NCBI GenBank assembly: GCA_963772455.1
Contig: CAVYXJ010000005.1
Coordinates: 1-64,000, forward strand
Direction of reading: 5' to 3'
Length of the DNA stretch: 64,000 bases
From: Candidatus Bathyarchaeota archaeon
Lineage (GTDB): Archaea > Thermoproteota > Bathyarchaeia > Bathyarchaeales > Bathycorpusculaceae
The notes under the pieces: model-generated
What the model saw: the letters and a program-made list of their open reading frames with translations, nothing else
Told to the model about the DNA's origin: nothing
The model's database searches: none
Shown here: piece by piece, positions 51,959 through 61,503 of the stretch
How positions within the stretch are numbered: position 1 is the first letter of the stretch
How the letters are laid out: each line of letters opens with the position of its first letter
Made by a program: the position numbers and the translations under genes

Positions 51959-52179
51959 CAGGCTGAGGAGCACGCTTTAAGATATGCGTTAAAGCAAAGG
52001 AGCGTATTAATTGAAACAGCTGAAAATTGATACGCGACTAATACCTTGCTTTAACGGGCTGGACATAACAGCGTTGCAAAGAAGCAATGAGCTCTATGGT
52101 CTAAACGGTGAAAGATCATTTAGCGATTAAGACATTGCTTTGATGGACCGAAACGCAGTTAAGGCTTAGACTCAGCCTG
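51959..52179 (+). ncRNA. Candidate structured non-coding RNA, family not recognised
   Basis: Nested helices CAGGCTGAG/CTCAGCCTG, GCTTTAA/TTAAGGC, CGTTAAAGCAA/TTGCTTTAACG, GCGTATTAATT/AATTGATACGC, GCAATG/CATTGC; G-U pairs favour the + strand; TATA-like TTTAATA about 30 nt upstream. Confidence 0.65.
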
Positions 52180-52307
52180 CTCTAACTAATTCAACTAATC
52201 CTTCTTCTTCTACCAGACAAAAACAAACAATTAAAAGAAGACTTTGAAATCCTGCTACAACAACGCACCGATACTATGGGTATCAGTACCTAAAAAGTTA
52301 GTTTGCT

Positions 52308-52571
52308 TTATCTTAATTTAGACCGTTTTTGGTTTATTCTTTTCGTGAAACGTATCATGTATTTTTCTGCATCGATAGTTTTTGTTCGACTATCAATAAG
52401 CCCTTGTTTTTTTGCCTCAATCAAAGCTTGGTCAAAGGATAATGGTTGTGGATTAGCAGCTTTCTTTTTTGTTATAACTATCCAGATTTCATGATAAATT
52501 TCTTTGTTGTCCTCAAAAAATTGTTTAAGCATTGAAACGTTCTGAGGCTCAAAAGTTATTGATTCACCCAT
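52308..52571 (-). CDS. YdeI/OmpD-associated N-terminal-like small protein
   Basis: FFEDN...EIWIVITKK...LSFDQALIEA...GLIDS...YMIRFTKR. Confidence 0.65.
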   Translation of the reverse strand: MGESITFEPQNVSMLKQFFEDNKEIYHEIWIVITKKKAANPQPLSFDQALIEAKKQGLIDSRTKTIDAEKYMIRFTKRINQKRSKLR

Positions 52572-52948
52572 ACTGATTCCTTTTTTGCGGGCTGTTTGTC
52601 TCCCATGTGACCAAACGCTTAACTTCACTGTTGGGCGTTGCCCACCTTTGCTAAGTTCTCTCGGCACGGGAATTTTGCCCTTTGCCCCACCTGTTCCATA
52701 ATTGGGTAGAACTCGATCGTCATAGGCGCAAGATTTGTGTTTCTTACGTTCCTCTGTTGAGTCCGTCTTTATGGGTGCTCATTTTTGGTGAGGCGAATAA
52801 AAGTAGGTGGTGGGTAATTTATGAGTTCCTTTATTGAAGCAAATATCTTATTTCAGAAAGTTGATAAGATTATCGATATTTGATAATTATCGTTTAAATA
52901 AACTAAGTCATTATGAGAAGTACAGTACAAGCTAAGAAGTGAGTTAAC

Positions 52949-53320
52949 TTGAGTCACAAACATGATATAAAGAAAACCCATGTTTCATTCATTGAATTTG
53001 ACGATGTCATGTTTAACAAACTTGCACAAGATGTCAAATACTTTGGTGAAGGCAACTCAAAGGAGAGGGTTTTAGAGTTTGATTTTGAGTATTGCCTTAA
53101 TTGTGACTTAAGATTGCTTGATGGCAAACCAATTATGACTCGAGACATTTTTGAGGAAGAGTTTGAAAGATTAGTTACCCAAGCCAAAAACAACAAATAC
53201 GTATGTAGCGAGCAAATCACATTGCAGCATACTGATTTTGAAACATTTGAACGATTAATTAAATGCGCTTTAGAATTGGGCAAACTAAAAGAATGCAAGT
53301 TTGAACAAGAGGTTGATTAG
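52949..53320 (+). CDS. Hypothetical protein with one CxxC
   Basis: 123-aa ORF overlapping the HTH-10 gene; TTTAAATA upstream. Confidence 0.6.
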   Translation: MSHKHDIKKTHVSFIEFDDVMFNKLAQDVKYFGEGNSKERVLEFDFEYCLNCDLRLLDGKPIMTRDIFEEEFERLVTQAKNNKYVCSEQITLQHTDFETFERLIKCALELGKLKECKFEQEVD

Positions 53321-53948
53321 ATTGGCTGATACTTGGCGCGAACCATACCACGTTGTGATCGAAGTGGAAAATAAACAATGTAAAATGGTCGGCAAATTAG
53401 CTTCTTTAGGGTTTAAACACCTAAAAGTCGTTGATGTCCGCAGTTCAAGCAGCGGCTCCGTTCGGCACTTGATGGATGTTGGCGAAGACCAAACAAATAA
53501 AGTCCCCAAAGAACTCGCTGCCAAAGGTCATGTGGAAGGCAAATCTTCAGTTTGGCTAGAGAGCGAAGGCTGCGAGGTTTGCAACACTATTTTGGCACAT
53601 GACGCCTTTTTGGTATCCGGTAAAAGCATGCAGGACAACCTTATAACCTACAGCTTCATGGTTCCAACGTTTGAAGCCTACAAAGGGATAATAAGCGACC
53701 TAGAGAAAGCAGGACATCCAGTTAACGTGCGCAAAATCGGCAAATTCGAACAACAGATCGGCGTTTTAACCGAGAATCAGGAACGAATTTTTTGGTTAGC
53801 TCTTAAAAGCGGTTTTTTTGATTATCCACGCCAAATTGGAATGGCTGAACTTGCAGCTAAATTAGGAATCAGCGCAGCAACACTATCCGAAATTATTCGG
53901 CGAGGTACCCGAAGGTTGCTTGAGCACTTTTTCAAACGGGAATTATAG
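53301..53948 (+). CDS. HTH-10 (Bat-like) transcriptional regulator
   Basis: LTENQERIFWLALKSGFFDYPRQIGMAELAAKLGISAATLSEIIRRG. Confidence 0.9.
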   Translation: MNKRLIRLADTWREPYHVVIEVENKQCKMVGKLASLGFKHLKVVDVRSSSSGSVRHLMDVGEDQTNKVPKELAAKGHVEGKSSVWLESEGCEVCNTILAHDAFLVSGKSMQDNLITYSFMVPTFEAYKGIISDLEKAGHPVNVRKIGKFEQQIGVLTENQERIFWLALKSGFFDYPRQIGMAELAAKLGISAATLSEIIRRGTRRLLEHFFKREL

Positions 53949-54106
53949 ATCATTGACAGCACCAGTAATTCAGAATAGCACAACGCAAAATAAGGTGTCT
54001 GTAGTTAAGTACTTTAACAAGTTTTCAGGCATTTTAAAAATCCCTAACATATTAGGGACAATTGCTATCTGCAAACTTGGATATAAATTATTAAAGGTGT
54101 AAAAAT

Positions 54107-55715
54107 TTGAGTCAAAACCAAATGTTCTGTTACCAATGTGAACAAACAGCTAAAGGACAAGGCTGCACAATTGCCGGTGTTTGCGGCAAAACCTCTGATG
54201 TTGCAAACCTTCAAGACCTACTAGTATACAAACTAAGAGAACTTAGCCAACTTGTAATTCAGAGTGGATTAAAAGATGAAAAAATAGGCATTTTTACCGC
54301 TGAAGCATTGTTTGTTACTTTGACAAATGTAAATTTTGATCCAGAAGCAATAGTTGCTTACATTAGAAAAACCGCAGAATTACACGACCAACTGCATAAA
54401 CAACTCCAAATCAAAGCCGATTACTTACCATTAGAAAACACACTCGAAGGCTTAATTGCACAAGGCAAACGCTATGGCATAAATGCTGATTCAACAATTA
54501 ACCCTGACATCCACTCCCTCCAATGGATAATTACATACGGTTTAAAGGGAATTTCAGCTTACGCATATCATGCATATCTTTTAGGCAAAAAAGATCAAAA
54601 AGTCTTCGATTTCATCCATGAAGGATTAGTTGCACCATTCAACAAGTCACTTGGTGCAAACGAGTTAGTAAGTTTAGTTTTCAAATGCGGTGAAATCAAC
54701 ATACGTGCAATGGAGTTGCTTGACGCTGGAAACACTGAAACCTATGGTCACCCAGTCCCAACCAAAGTACCCTTAGGGCACAAAAAGGGCAAAGCAATTG
54801 TAGTTTCAGGCCATGACCTTATCGATTTAGAAAACATCTTAAAGCAAACCCAAGGCACAGGCATAACCGTTTATACACACGGAGAAATGCTCCCAACCCA
54901 CGGCTACCCAAAACTCAAAGCATACCCCAACTTCTATGGCCACTACGGAACAGCATGGCAAAACCAACAGAAAGAATTCGCACAATTTCCAGGCGCAATC
55001 TTAATGACAACTAACTGCATCCAACGCCCAGTCGAAAGCTACAAAGGCAACATTTTCACAGCTGGACCAGTAGGTTACCCAGGGGTTCAACACATCGAAG
55101 GCAAAGACTTCTCGCCAATAATTAAGAAAGCTATTGAAATGCCAGGTTTCCCCGAAGACGTCGAAGGCAAAACAGTCTTAGTCGGCTTTGGCAGAAACGC
55201 AGTACTAAGTGTAGCAGGCAAAGTAATCGAATCCGTTAAGAACGGGCACATAAAACGCTTCTTACTCGTGGGCGGATGCGACGGCGCAAAACCCGGACGA
55301 AGCTACTATCACCGAATTCGTTGAAAAAGCCCCCAGCAACACAATCATACTAACTTTGGCATGCGGAAAATTCCGATTCTTCGACAAAGAACTAGGCACA
55401 ATCGATGACATTCCACGACTACTCGATGTTGGACAATGCAACGATGCATACTCGGCAGTCAAAATCGCTCAAGCCCTAGCAGAAGCATTCCATGTAGAAA
55501 TCAACGATTTGCCACTTTCACTAGTGATTTCATGGTATGAACAAAAAGCCGTTGCAATCTTGCTATCGCTGCTGTACTTGGGTTTAAAGGACATTCGCCT
55601 TGGACCAAGCTTACCAGCTTTCATAACACCAAACATCCTCAAAGTGCTGGTCGACAAATTCAACATAATGCCTATCTCAACACCCGACGAAGACCTCAAA
55701 GCCATAATGAAATAA
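54107..55715 (+). CDS. hcp: Hybrid cluster protein (hydroxylamine reductase), frameshift near 55310
   Basis: [63 protein letters not shown]. Confidence 0.96.
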
Positions 55716-55943
55716 GAGATTTTTTTCTCTTTTCACTTTTTTATCTTGACAATACAAAAAACGATTAAAGCTCAAATATTTTTTTTACTTTAATCAATTG
55801 TTGAGTTTATTGAACTTTTACAATACTAGCTTTTAGATAGATGAAGTGCTTCATAATCAAGTTTTGTTTTGTCGACAATAATGTTTTATTAAAGCTCCAG
55901 ACTATCACAAAGCAAAACAGGAAGAGAGAAGGCACTACATCCA

Positions 55944-56843
55944 TTGCTAAGTAAAAAATCCAAAGCAGTACTTTACACACTATTAGCTGGAGCTTTGTGG
56001 GGCACATCTTTTCCAATAATAAAAATCGGTTTGGAAACCATTGATCCTTTCACTTTTGTGTTTTGGCGTTTTTTGGTATCCGCGGTCACACTAATAGCTG
56101 TCATGCTAGCTCTTAGGAAATTTGAGTTCAAGGTACCGAATAAGAAGCTATTGGTTTTTTTGGGAATTGCAAACGCCGCAGGCTACCTCCTCCAATACGC
56201 TGCAATGGACTATACAACAGCTGCAAAAGCTGCATTATTCATCAATTTAAGTGCTATATGGGTGGCGCTTCTCTGCCCAAAATTGTTGGGAGAGACTTTT
56301 TCTCGTAAAAAGATTATTGGTGTTATTATGGGTTTGATGGGAATTGTTTTTGTTAGCACAAACCTTGATATCTCCAGTTTAGCTCAAGGTCAGATAGTCG
56401 CCGATTTAACACTTATCATTTCAGGTTTCACATGGGCAATCTTTATGATTTATAACAAAAAATTAGTGATGAATTCAACTTCCGCCACGTTCCAGTCGAT
56501 GACCTGGGTTCTACTTGCAACATTTCTTTTCATAGCACCTTTCGCACTACTGGCAGGTCCCGGTTTCTTTCAATTATCAGGTTGGGCATGGCTAGCAATT
56601 ATTTGGACAGCTATTGTCTGTTGGGTTATACCCTATTATTTATGGCTGGAGGGACTTAAACATCTGTCAGCATCAGTTTCAACAGTTTTATTGTTGTCCG
56701 AAATCGTTGTGGCCGTTATTTTATCAATAATTGTCTTAAAAGAACCTATTACGATATTTTCTACCATAGGTGCTTTCTTTATAGTCATTGCAATAGTCAT
56801 AGTTTCTGTTCAAAACAAGAAAATAAAATCAAATAAAACTTAA
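55944..56843 (+). CDS. EamA/DMT family transporter
   Basis: LWGTSFPIIKIGL...RF; two EamA repeats. Confidence 0.9.
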   Translation: MLSKKSKAVLYTLLAGALWGTSFPIIKIGLETIDPFTFVFWRFLVSAVTLIAVMLALRKFEFKVPNKKLLVFLGIANAAGYLLQYAAMDYTTAAKAALFINLSAIWVALLCPKLLGETFSRKKIIGVIMGLMGIVFVSTNLDISSLAQGQIVADLTLIISGFTWAIFMIYNKKLVMNSTSATFQSMTWVLLATFLFIAPFALLAGPGFFQLSGWAWLAIIWTAIVCWVIPYYLWLEGLKHLSASVSTVLLLSEIVVAVILSIIVLKEPITIFSTIGAFFIVIAIVIVSVQNKKIKSNKT

Positions 56844-56919
56844 GACAAGCTCTTGCTTGCCTAATGCTTAAGCTTAAATATCAAAAGGATTGAAATATTG
56901 GGGCTAAGGAGAACAAAAA

Positions 56920-57753
56920 ATGGCAAAAATATTAACCGTAGCTATAGTTGTAATAATGCTCGTTGTAGGATTCGTTGTAGGATTAGTTGCAAGTCCATTT
57001 ATAATGGCGCAAAACACATCACATACTGATAGCGTATGGGACAATATTCAGCAAACAAAAGTAATCAAAGTCGGCACAGACCCAACATGGCCACCATACC
57101 AACTACGCGACAATGTTACTGGCGAAATCGTCGGTTTCGAAGTTGACTTAGCAAATGCATGTGCACAAAAATTAGGTTTAACAATCGAGTGGAACGATGT
57201 TGGCTTTGATAACATTATCCTCTCAGTGCAACAAGGTTCGCTTGATATGGGTGTTAGCGGCTTCTCAATAACGCCAGATAGATTAGACCAAGTTTCATTC
57301 ACTATCCCACATAGCACCACCGAAGGGCAAGTCGTAATGCTTCAGAGCACTATGGCAGCAAAAAATTTAGCTGGTGTTCACTCTCTTGAAGAATTCAAAA
57401 CTTTAGGCATCACCGTTGGAGTACAAGCTGGAAACGTCGAACAGAAAGAACTTGAAGATGCAGGTGTGAGTATCAGAACTTGGAGTGATTCAGCATCACC
57501 ATTCCAAGATATGACCAGCGCAAACCCAAGCGTACAAGCTGTATACGCTGAAACACCAATCACCACATGCTGGATTGCACAATTCGAATCAGAAGGAAAA
57601 CCAGTTGGCGTTGTCTACAGTCACCCATACTACCCAGTTGCATTTCTCACAGCTAAAAACTCACTTACACTTCTTGACAACATAAACGGCGCGCTGACAG
57701 AACTCATCTACGACGGAACAGTAGATCAATTGAAGGCAAAATGGAACGCTTAA
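56920..57753 (+). CDS. Polar amino-acid ABC transporter substrate-binding protein
   Basis: IKVGTDPTWPPY...GFEVDL...SITPDR. Confidence 0.92.
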   Translation: MAKILTVAIVVIMLVVGFVVGLVASPFIMAQNTSHTDSVWDNIQQTKVIKVGTDPTWPPYQLRDNVTGEIVGFEVDLANACAQKLGLTIEWNDVGFDNIILSVQQGSLDMGVSGFSITPDRLDQVSFTIPHSTTEGQVVMLQSTMAAKNLAGVHSLEEFKTLGITVGVQAGNVEQKELEDAGVSIRTWSDSASPFQDMTSANPSVQAVYAETPITTCWIAQFESEGKPVGVVYSHPYYPVAFLTAKNSLTLLDNINGALTELIYDGTVDQLKAKWNA

Positions 57754-57769
57754 GCATACGTGATTAGTA

Positions 57770-58423
57770 TTGGACGTTGGGCAACAATTAGTCTTCATCT
57801 TGGAAGGAGTTCCAATAACTCTTTCCATCTCCATTATTTCTTTTTTAATCGGTATAGCAGTAGGATTACCTCTTGCATTCATCAGAGTTTATGAAAAAGA
57901 AGTCAGTTTCTTAGTTGACGCTTACGAAAAAATCTTCCGTGGCATTCCGGAAATCGTTTTGTTATTACTTTTCTATTTTGGGTTACGACCTTTTATGCCA
58001 TTCCCATTTGGAAACGCGTTTTTTGTAGCATGCATGGTGCTAGGATTAAGAAGTGGAGCTAACCAATCGCAGATTTTCAGAGGAGCAATCAGAGGTGTGG
58101 GAGATGAGCAAATGATTGCCGGGGTTTCTGTTGGTTTCTCAAAGTGGAGAGCAATATGGCATATAATGATTCCACAGGTTTTCAATTTCTCCACTGCAGG
58201 TCTTGGTAGCGAATATGCTTTGCTCATTAAAGATTCAGCTTACGTTTATGTAATTGGCTTAGCAGAAGTTGTGACGCGATCTTTACAGTTGTCCAGAATT
58301 CCGCCAACAGATTATGTTACACCATTCGTGCTTGCAGCAGTAGTTTATATTGCAATAACATTCCCCATTGCCTTCTGGCTCGACAGATGGGGAAATAAAA
58401 GAAAGAAGAAAATTGGGTTGTAG
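57770..58423 (+). CDS. Polar amino-acid ABC transporter permease
   Basis: FRGIPEIV, EAA-like loop, LIKDSA. Confidence 0.92.
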   Translation: MDVGQQLVFILEGVPITLSISIISFLIGIAVGLPLAFIRVYEKEVSFLVDAYEKIFRGIPEIVLLLLFYFGLRPFMPFPFGNAFFVACMVLGLRSGANQSQIFRGAIRGVGDEQMIAGVSVGFSKWRAIWHIMIPQVFNFSTAGLGSEYALLIKDSAYVYVIGLAEVVTRSLQLSRIPPTDYVTPFVLAAVVYIAITFPIAFWLDRWGNKRKKKIGL

Positions 58424-58426
58424 AAA

Positions 58427-59239
58427 ATGACAGATTTCGTGATGGAAGCAAAACATGTATTCAAAAACTACGGCAAAAATGTCAAGAAAGCCGAAAAAAT
58501 AGATACAGACATTTGTGTTGACAAAAAGCATCTTGTGGAGGCCGTCAAAGACGTTTCACTGCAAATCAGGAAAGGAGACATAAAACTAATTTTTGGACCA
58601 AGCGGTTCTGGGAAAAGCACATTCCTACGCTGCATGGCCATGCTTGAAATTCCAGACAAGGGTGAAATCTATCTTGGTGATGAATGTTTAACTGCCCCGG
58701 GTGTGGATCTCAACAAAGCTCGAGCAAGAATCGGATTCGTCTTTCAGCACATCTACCTTTTTCGACACTTAACTGCATTGGGAAACGTCGAGTTAGCCCT
58801 TAGGCAAGTATTGAAATTACCAAAAGAAGACGCACGCAAACGCGCGTTAGATGCCTTAGCCGAAGTTAAAGTAACTGACTGCATCCACAAATTTCCCTCG
58901 CAAATGTCGGGCGGACAAGCTCAGAGGGTGGGCATAGCCAGAGCCATAGCTCGTAATCCAGATATTATTCTTCTTGATGAACCTACTTCAGCATTAGATC
59001 CGGAGCTTACTGGAGAAGTTATCGATACACTACGCGACTTAGCAAATGAAGGCATGACAATGCTAATTGTGAGCCATGAAATGCCTTTTGCAAGAGAAGT
59101 TGCCGAGGAGATGATTTTCTATGATGAGGGCTCTGTTGTGGAGACAGGACCTCCATCACTTTTCTTTAATGCTCCAAATACTGATCGAGCTAAGAAATTT
59201 ATGACAAGAATTATAAATCGGACAACTCGTGAATATTAA
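58427..59239 (+). CDS. Polar amino-acid ABC transporter ATPase
   Basis: GPSGSGKST, MSGGQAQR, DEPTSALDPE, VSHEM. Confidence 0.95.
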   Translation: MTDFVMEAKHVFKNYGKNVKKAEKIDTDICVDKKHLVEAVKDVSLQIRKGDIKLIFGPSGSGKSTFLRCMAMLEIPDKGEIYLGDECLTAPGVDLNKARARIGFVFQHIYLFRHLTALGNVELALRQVLKLPKEDARKRALDALAEVKVTDCIHKFPSQMSGGQAQRVGIARAIARNPDIILLDEPTSALDPELTGEVIDTLRDLANEGMTMLIVSHEMPFAREVAEEMIFYDEGSVVETGPPSLFFNAPNTDRAKKFMTRIINRTTREY

Positions 59240-59917
59240 ATGTTCGAATTCCTCCTCAATCCAATGTACCAAATGTGGATCATCCAAGGTCTATTTCTAA
59301 CAGTGGCAATTACGCTGTTTGGGGTTCTATTGGGTTTAGGATTGGGAACATTGCTGGCTGTAGGAGACATTTACGGCAAAAAACCCGTTAGAACTGTAAT
59401 TGCCGTTTACGTTGAACTTTTTAGAGGAAGCCCATTGTTTGTTCAGCTTCTTCTGGCGGTTTATACTGTGCCAGCAATATTTAACATCCAAGTGGACCAT
59501 GCTTTTTTGGCTTTCCTAGTATTTGGGCTAAACAGTGCAGGCTATCAAAAAGGTTACATGAAAGGTGCGATGGAAACCATACTTAACGATCAAATGCAAG
59601 CTGGACAATCAGTCGGATTGTCTAGAACTCAAACACTTCGCCACGTAATACTTCCACAGGCTTATCGCATAGTTATCCCTTCGTGGACTAACGAGTTCTG
59701 TTCTTTAACGAAAAGCACCGCTACCTTAGGATATTTGGGTTTTATGGACTTGGTCGGGGCAGGCGTTTCAATCAAAGGCGGCACCTTTGAAATCCTACCT
59801 GTATGGATTGTTATTGGGGGTATCTATCTGGTTTGGATAACTGGATTTACTAAATTGATGGATATGATTTATGAGAGAAAGAAGATACCAGGCGTGGAAC
59901 TTGCTATGCAATCATAA
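59240..59917 (+). CDS. Polar amino-acid ABC transporter permease
   Basis: YVELFRGSPLFVQL, VILPQAYR, NEFCSLTKST. Confidence 0.92.
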   Translation: MFEFLLNPMYQMWIIQGLFLTVAITLFGVLLGLGLGTLLAVGDIYGKKPVRTVIAVYVELFRGSPLFVQLLLAVYTVPAIFNIQVDHAFLAFLVFGLNSAGYQKGYMKGAMETILNDQMQAGQSVGLSRTQTLRHVILPQAYRIVIPSWTNEFCSLTKSTATLGYLGFMDLVGAGVSIKGGTFEILPVWIVIGGIYLVWITGFTKLMDMIYERKKIPGVELAMQS

Positions 59918-59930
59918 AAGCCCAGCTTTA

Positions 59931-60507
59931 TCATGCTTTAAGTTTCTTGATTAACCACGCCATGTTATTGCCTAAATCATCCATGGTTTTTAGTCCTTCC
60001 TCGTCTTTTTCCACGTCACCTTTGTTTAAGCCTATACCAACATTCCAGTAGGAAGACCCTGGAACTATCATTTGGCTGATAAAGAAAAAGTGGTTTATTG
60101 CGTCAAATGTTGGAATCCCTCCTGCCCTACGCACAGCCACAACTGCCGCACCCACTTTGCGTTTATACAAATCCCCATTTGCTCGTCCAACAAAACCTGC
60201 ACGATCAATGAGAGCTTTCATTTCAGAAGTCATCATAGAAAAGTACGTTGGCGAACCAAGAATTATTCCATCTGCCGCCAGCCATCTTCTCAATATAGAG
60301 GTTAACGTTGTCATTAACGATCTTACACTGTTTGTTTTGGATTTTTCGGCAAGTTCCACACGCCATGCAGCCATGAATTTGTTCGCCAGCCAACTGTATG
60401 AGTTCAGTTTCAATTCCGTCGCTTTCAAGAACACTCAAAACTCTTCGAATCAAAATGGCTGTATTCCCATCTTTTCTTGCACTTCCATTAAAGGCAACTA
60501 CTTTCAA
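59931..60507 (-). CDS. Iron-sulfur flavoprotein (Isf-like), frameshift near 60280
   Basis: [18 protein letters not shown]...C, LGSPTYF, KALIDR, VRRAGG, PGSSYWN. Confidence 0.9.
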
Positions 60508-60561
60508 TCAAAATCACAAATTAACAATTATAACATCTGGATAAAAGAATAGCGCAAACAT

Positions 60562-61503
60562 CTATGTTTTCTTTCTTCTACTCCAAACAACTACAACAAT
60601 AGCCACGATTGCAATTGCCAAAGCAACTAAAACCGCGATTTCAACGGGAAAGTTCTCTACTGGAACTGGCAACTTAACTGGGGATTGCATTAGAGGAAAA
60701 CGGTCTTGGTTCAATACATCGATTACGTAGCGTGTATCACCTATCCCGTCATTATTGTTATCAGTGCCATTGTAATCACTCCAGAAGTTGCCTTGTTGCC
60801 CATCATCCCAGCTATGCGGAGGCTCCGTTGTGTTATAATCTTTACATTCACAACCATTTAACTGCACAATGTTGTTTTCAAAGTCATTATGATTAATCAC
60901 GATATCAGAAGGAATTATATCGCCTACATTGTTGAAGCCAAAAAACAATCCGCGATTATTATCTGCTATGTAGTTATTCGTTACAGTTTGATTTGATCCT
61001 GAAAGCAAAATCCCAACGATATTGTTAGTTACACCATTTCCTGTTATGGAGTTATTCTTGGTCCAAATGTACATACCAATACTGAAATTTTTGACGTTCA
61101 AGTCCTTGACCGTTACACCTTCAACGTTTGGGCTTGCCAAATCAATACCTATGACGTATTGAGCCAAAGCTCCGTTAGGCAATTGATCAGGTCCTTGACC
61201 AATAAGCCACACATCCATTGCTGTACCATTATAGGGACCTGAAAGAGTGAAACCTGCACCATCAAGTATAATGTTGCTTTTCTGGATTTTTATTGCTGCA
61301 TACAGGTTATCTGTGAAAGTATAGGTGTTCCCATTCTGTACAATTGGCGCTGAAATTGGACTAACACTACCATCAGCCCGAATCACCACTGTTGATAGAG
61401 GCGCTTGAGAATCTGCGGAACCAACAAGAAAAGTTGATACCAACATGAACACTAAGAAAACGAAGGCTAAAATCAGCCTTAACCTTAAGTTTACCACTCT
61501 CAT
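60562..61503 (-). CDS. NosD-type beta-helix surface protein
   Basis: Signal peptide, KSNIILDGAGFTL, GNFWSDYNGTDNNNDGIGDT...DRFPL, C-terminal TM. Confidence 0.85.
   Translation of the reverse strand: MRVVNLRLRLILAFVFLVFMLVSTFLVGSADSQAPLSTVVIRADGSVSPISAPIVQNGNTYTFTDNLYAAIKIQKSNIILDGAGFTLSGPYNGTAMDVWLIGQGPDQLPNGALAQYVIGIDLASPNVEGVTVKDLNVKNFSIGMYIWTKNNSITGNGVTNNIVGILLSGSNQTVTNNYIADNNRGLFFGFNNVGDIIPSDIVINHNDFENNIVQLNGCECKDYNTTEPPHSWDDGQQGNFWSDYNGTDNNNDGIGDTRYVIDVLNQDRFPLMQSPVKLPVPVENFPVEIAVLVALAIAIVAIVVVVWSRRKKT

Noticed and set aside
52071-52157. Hammerhead ribozyme (GCGTT...TTGATGGACCGAAACGC)
   Set aside because: Core deviates from CUGAUGA and there is no room for stem II
51959-52179. RNase P or SRP RNA
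   Set aside because: GAGGA and GGCTTA occur, but the GAGGAAAGUCC/ACAGAA cores and the SRP helix 8 motif are absent
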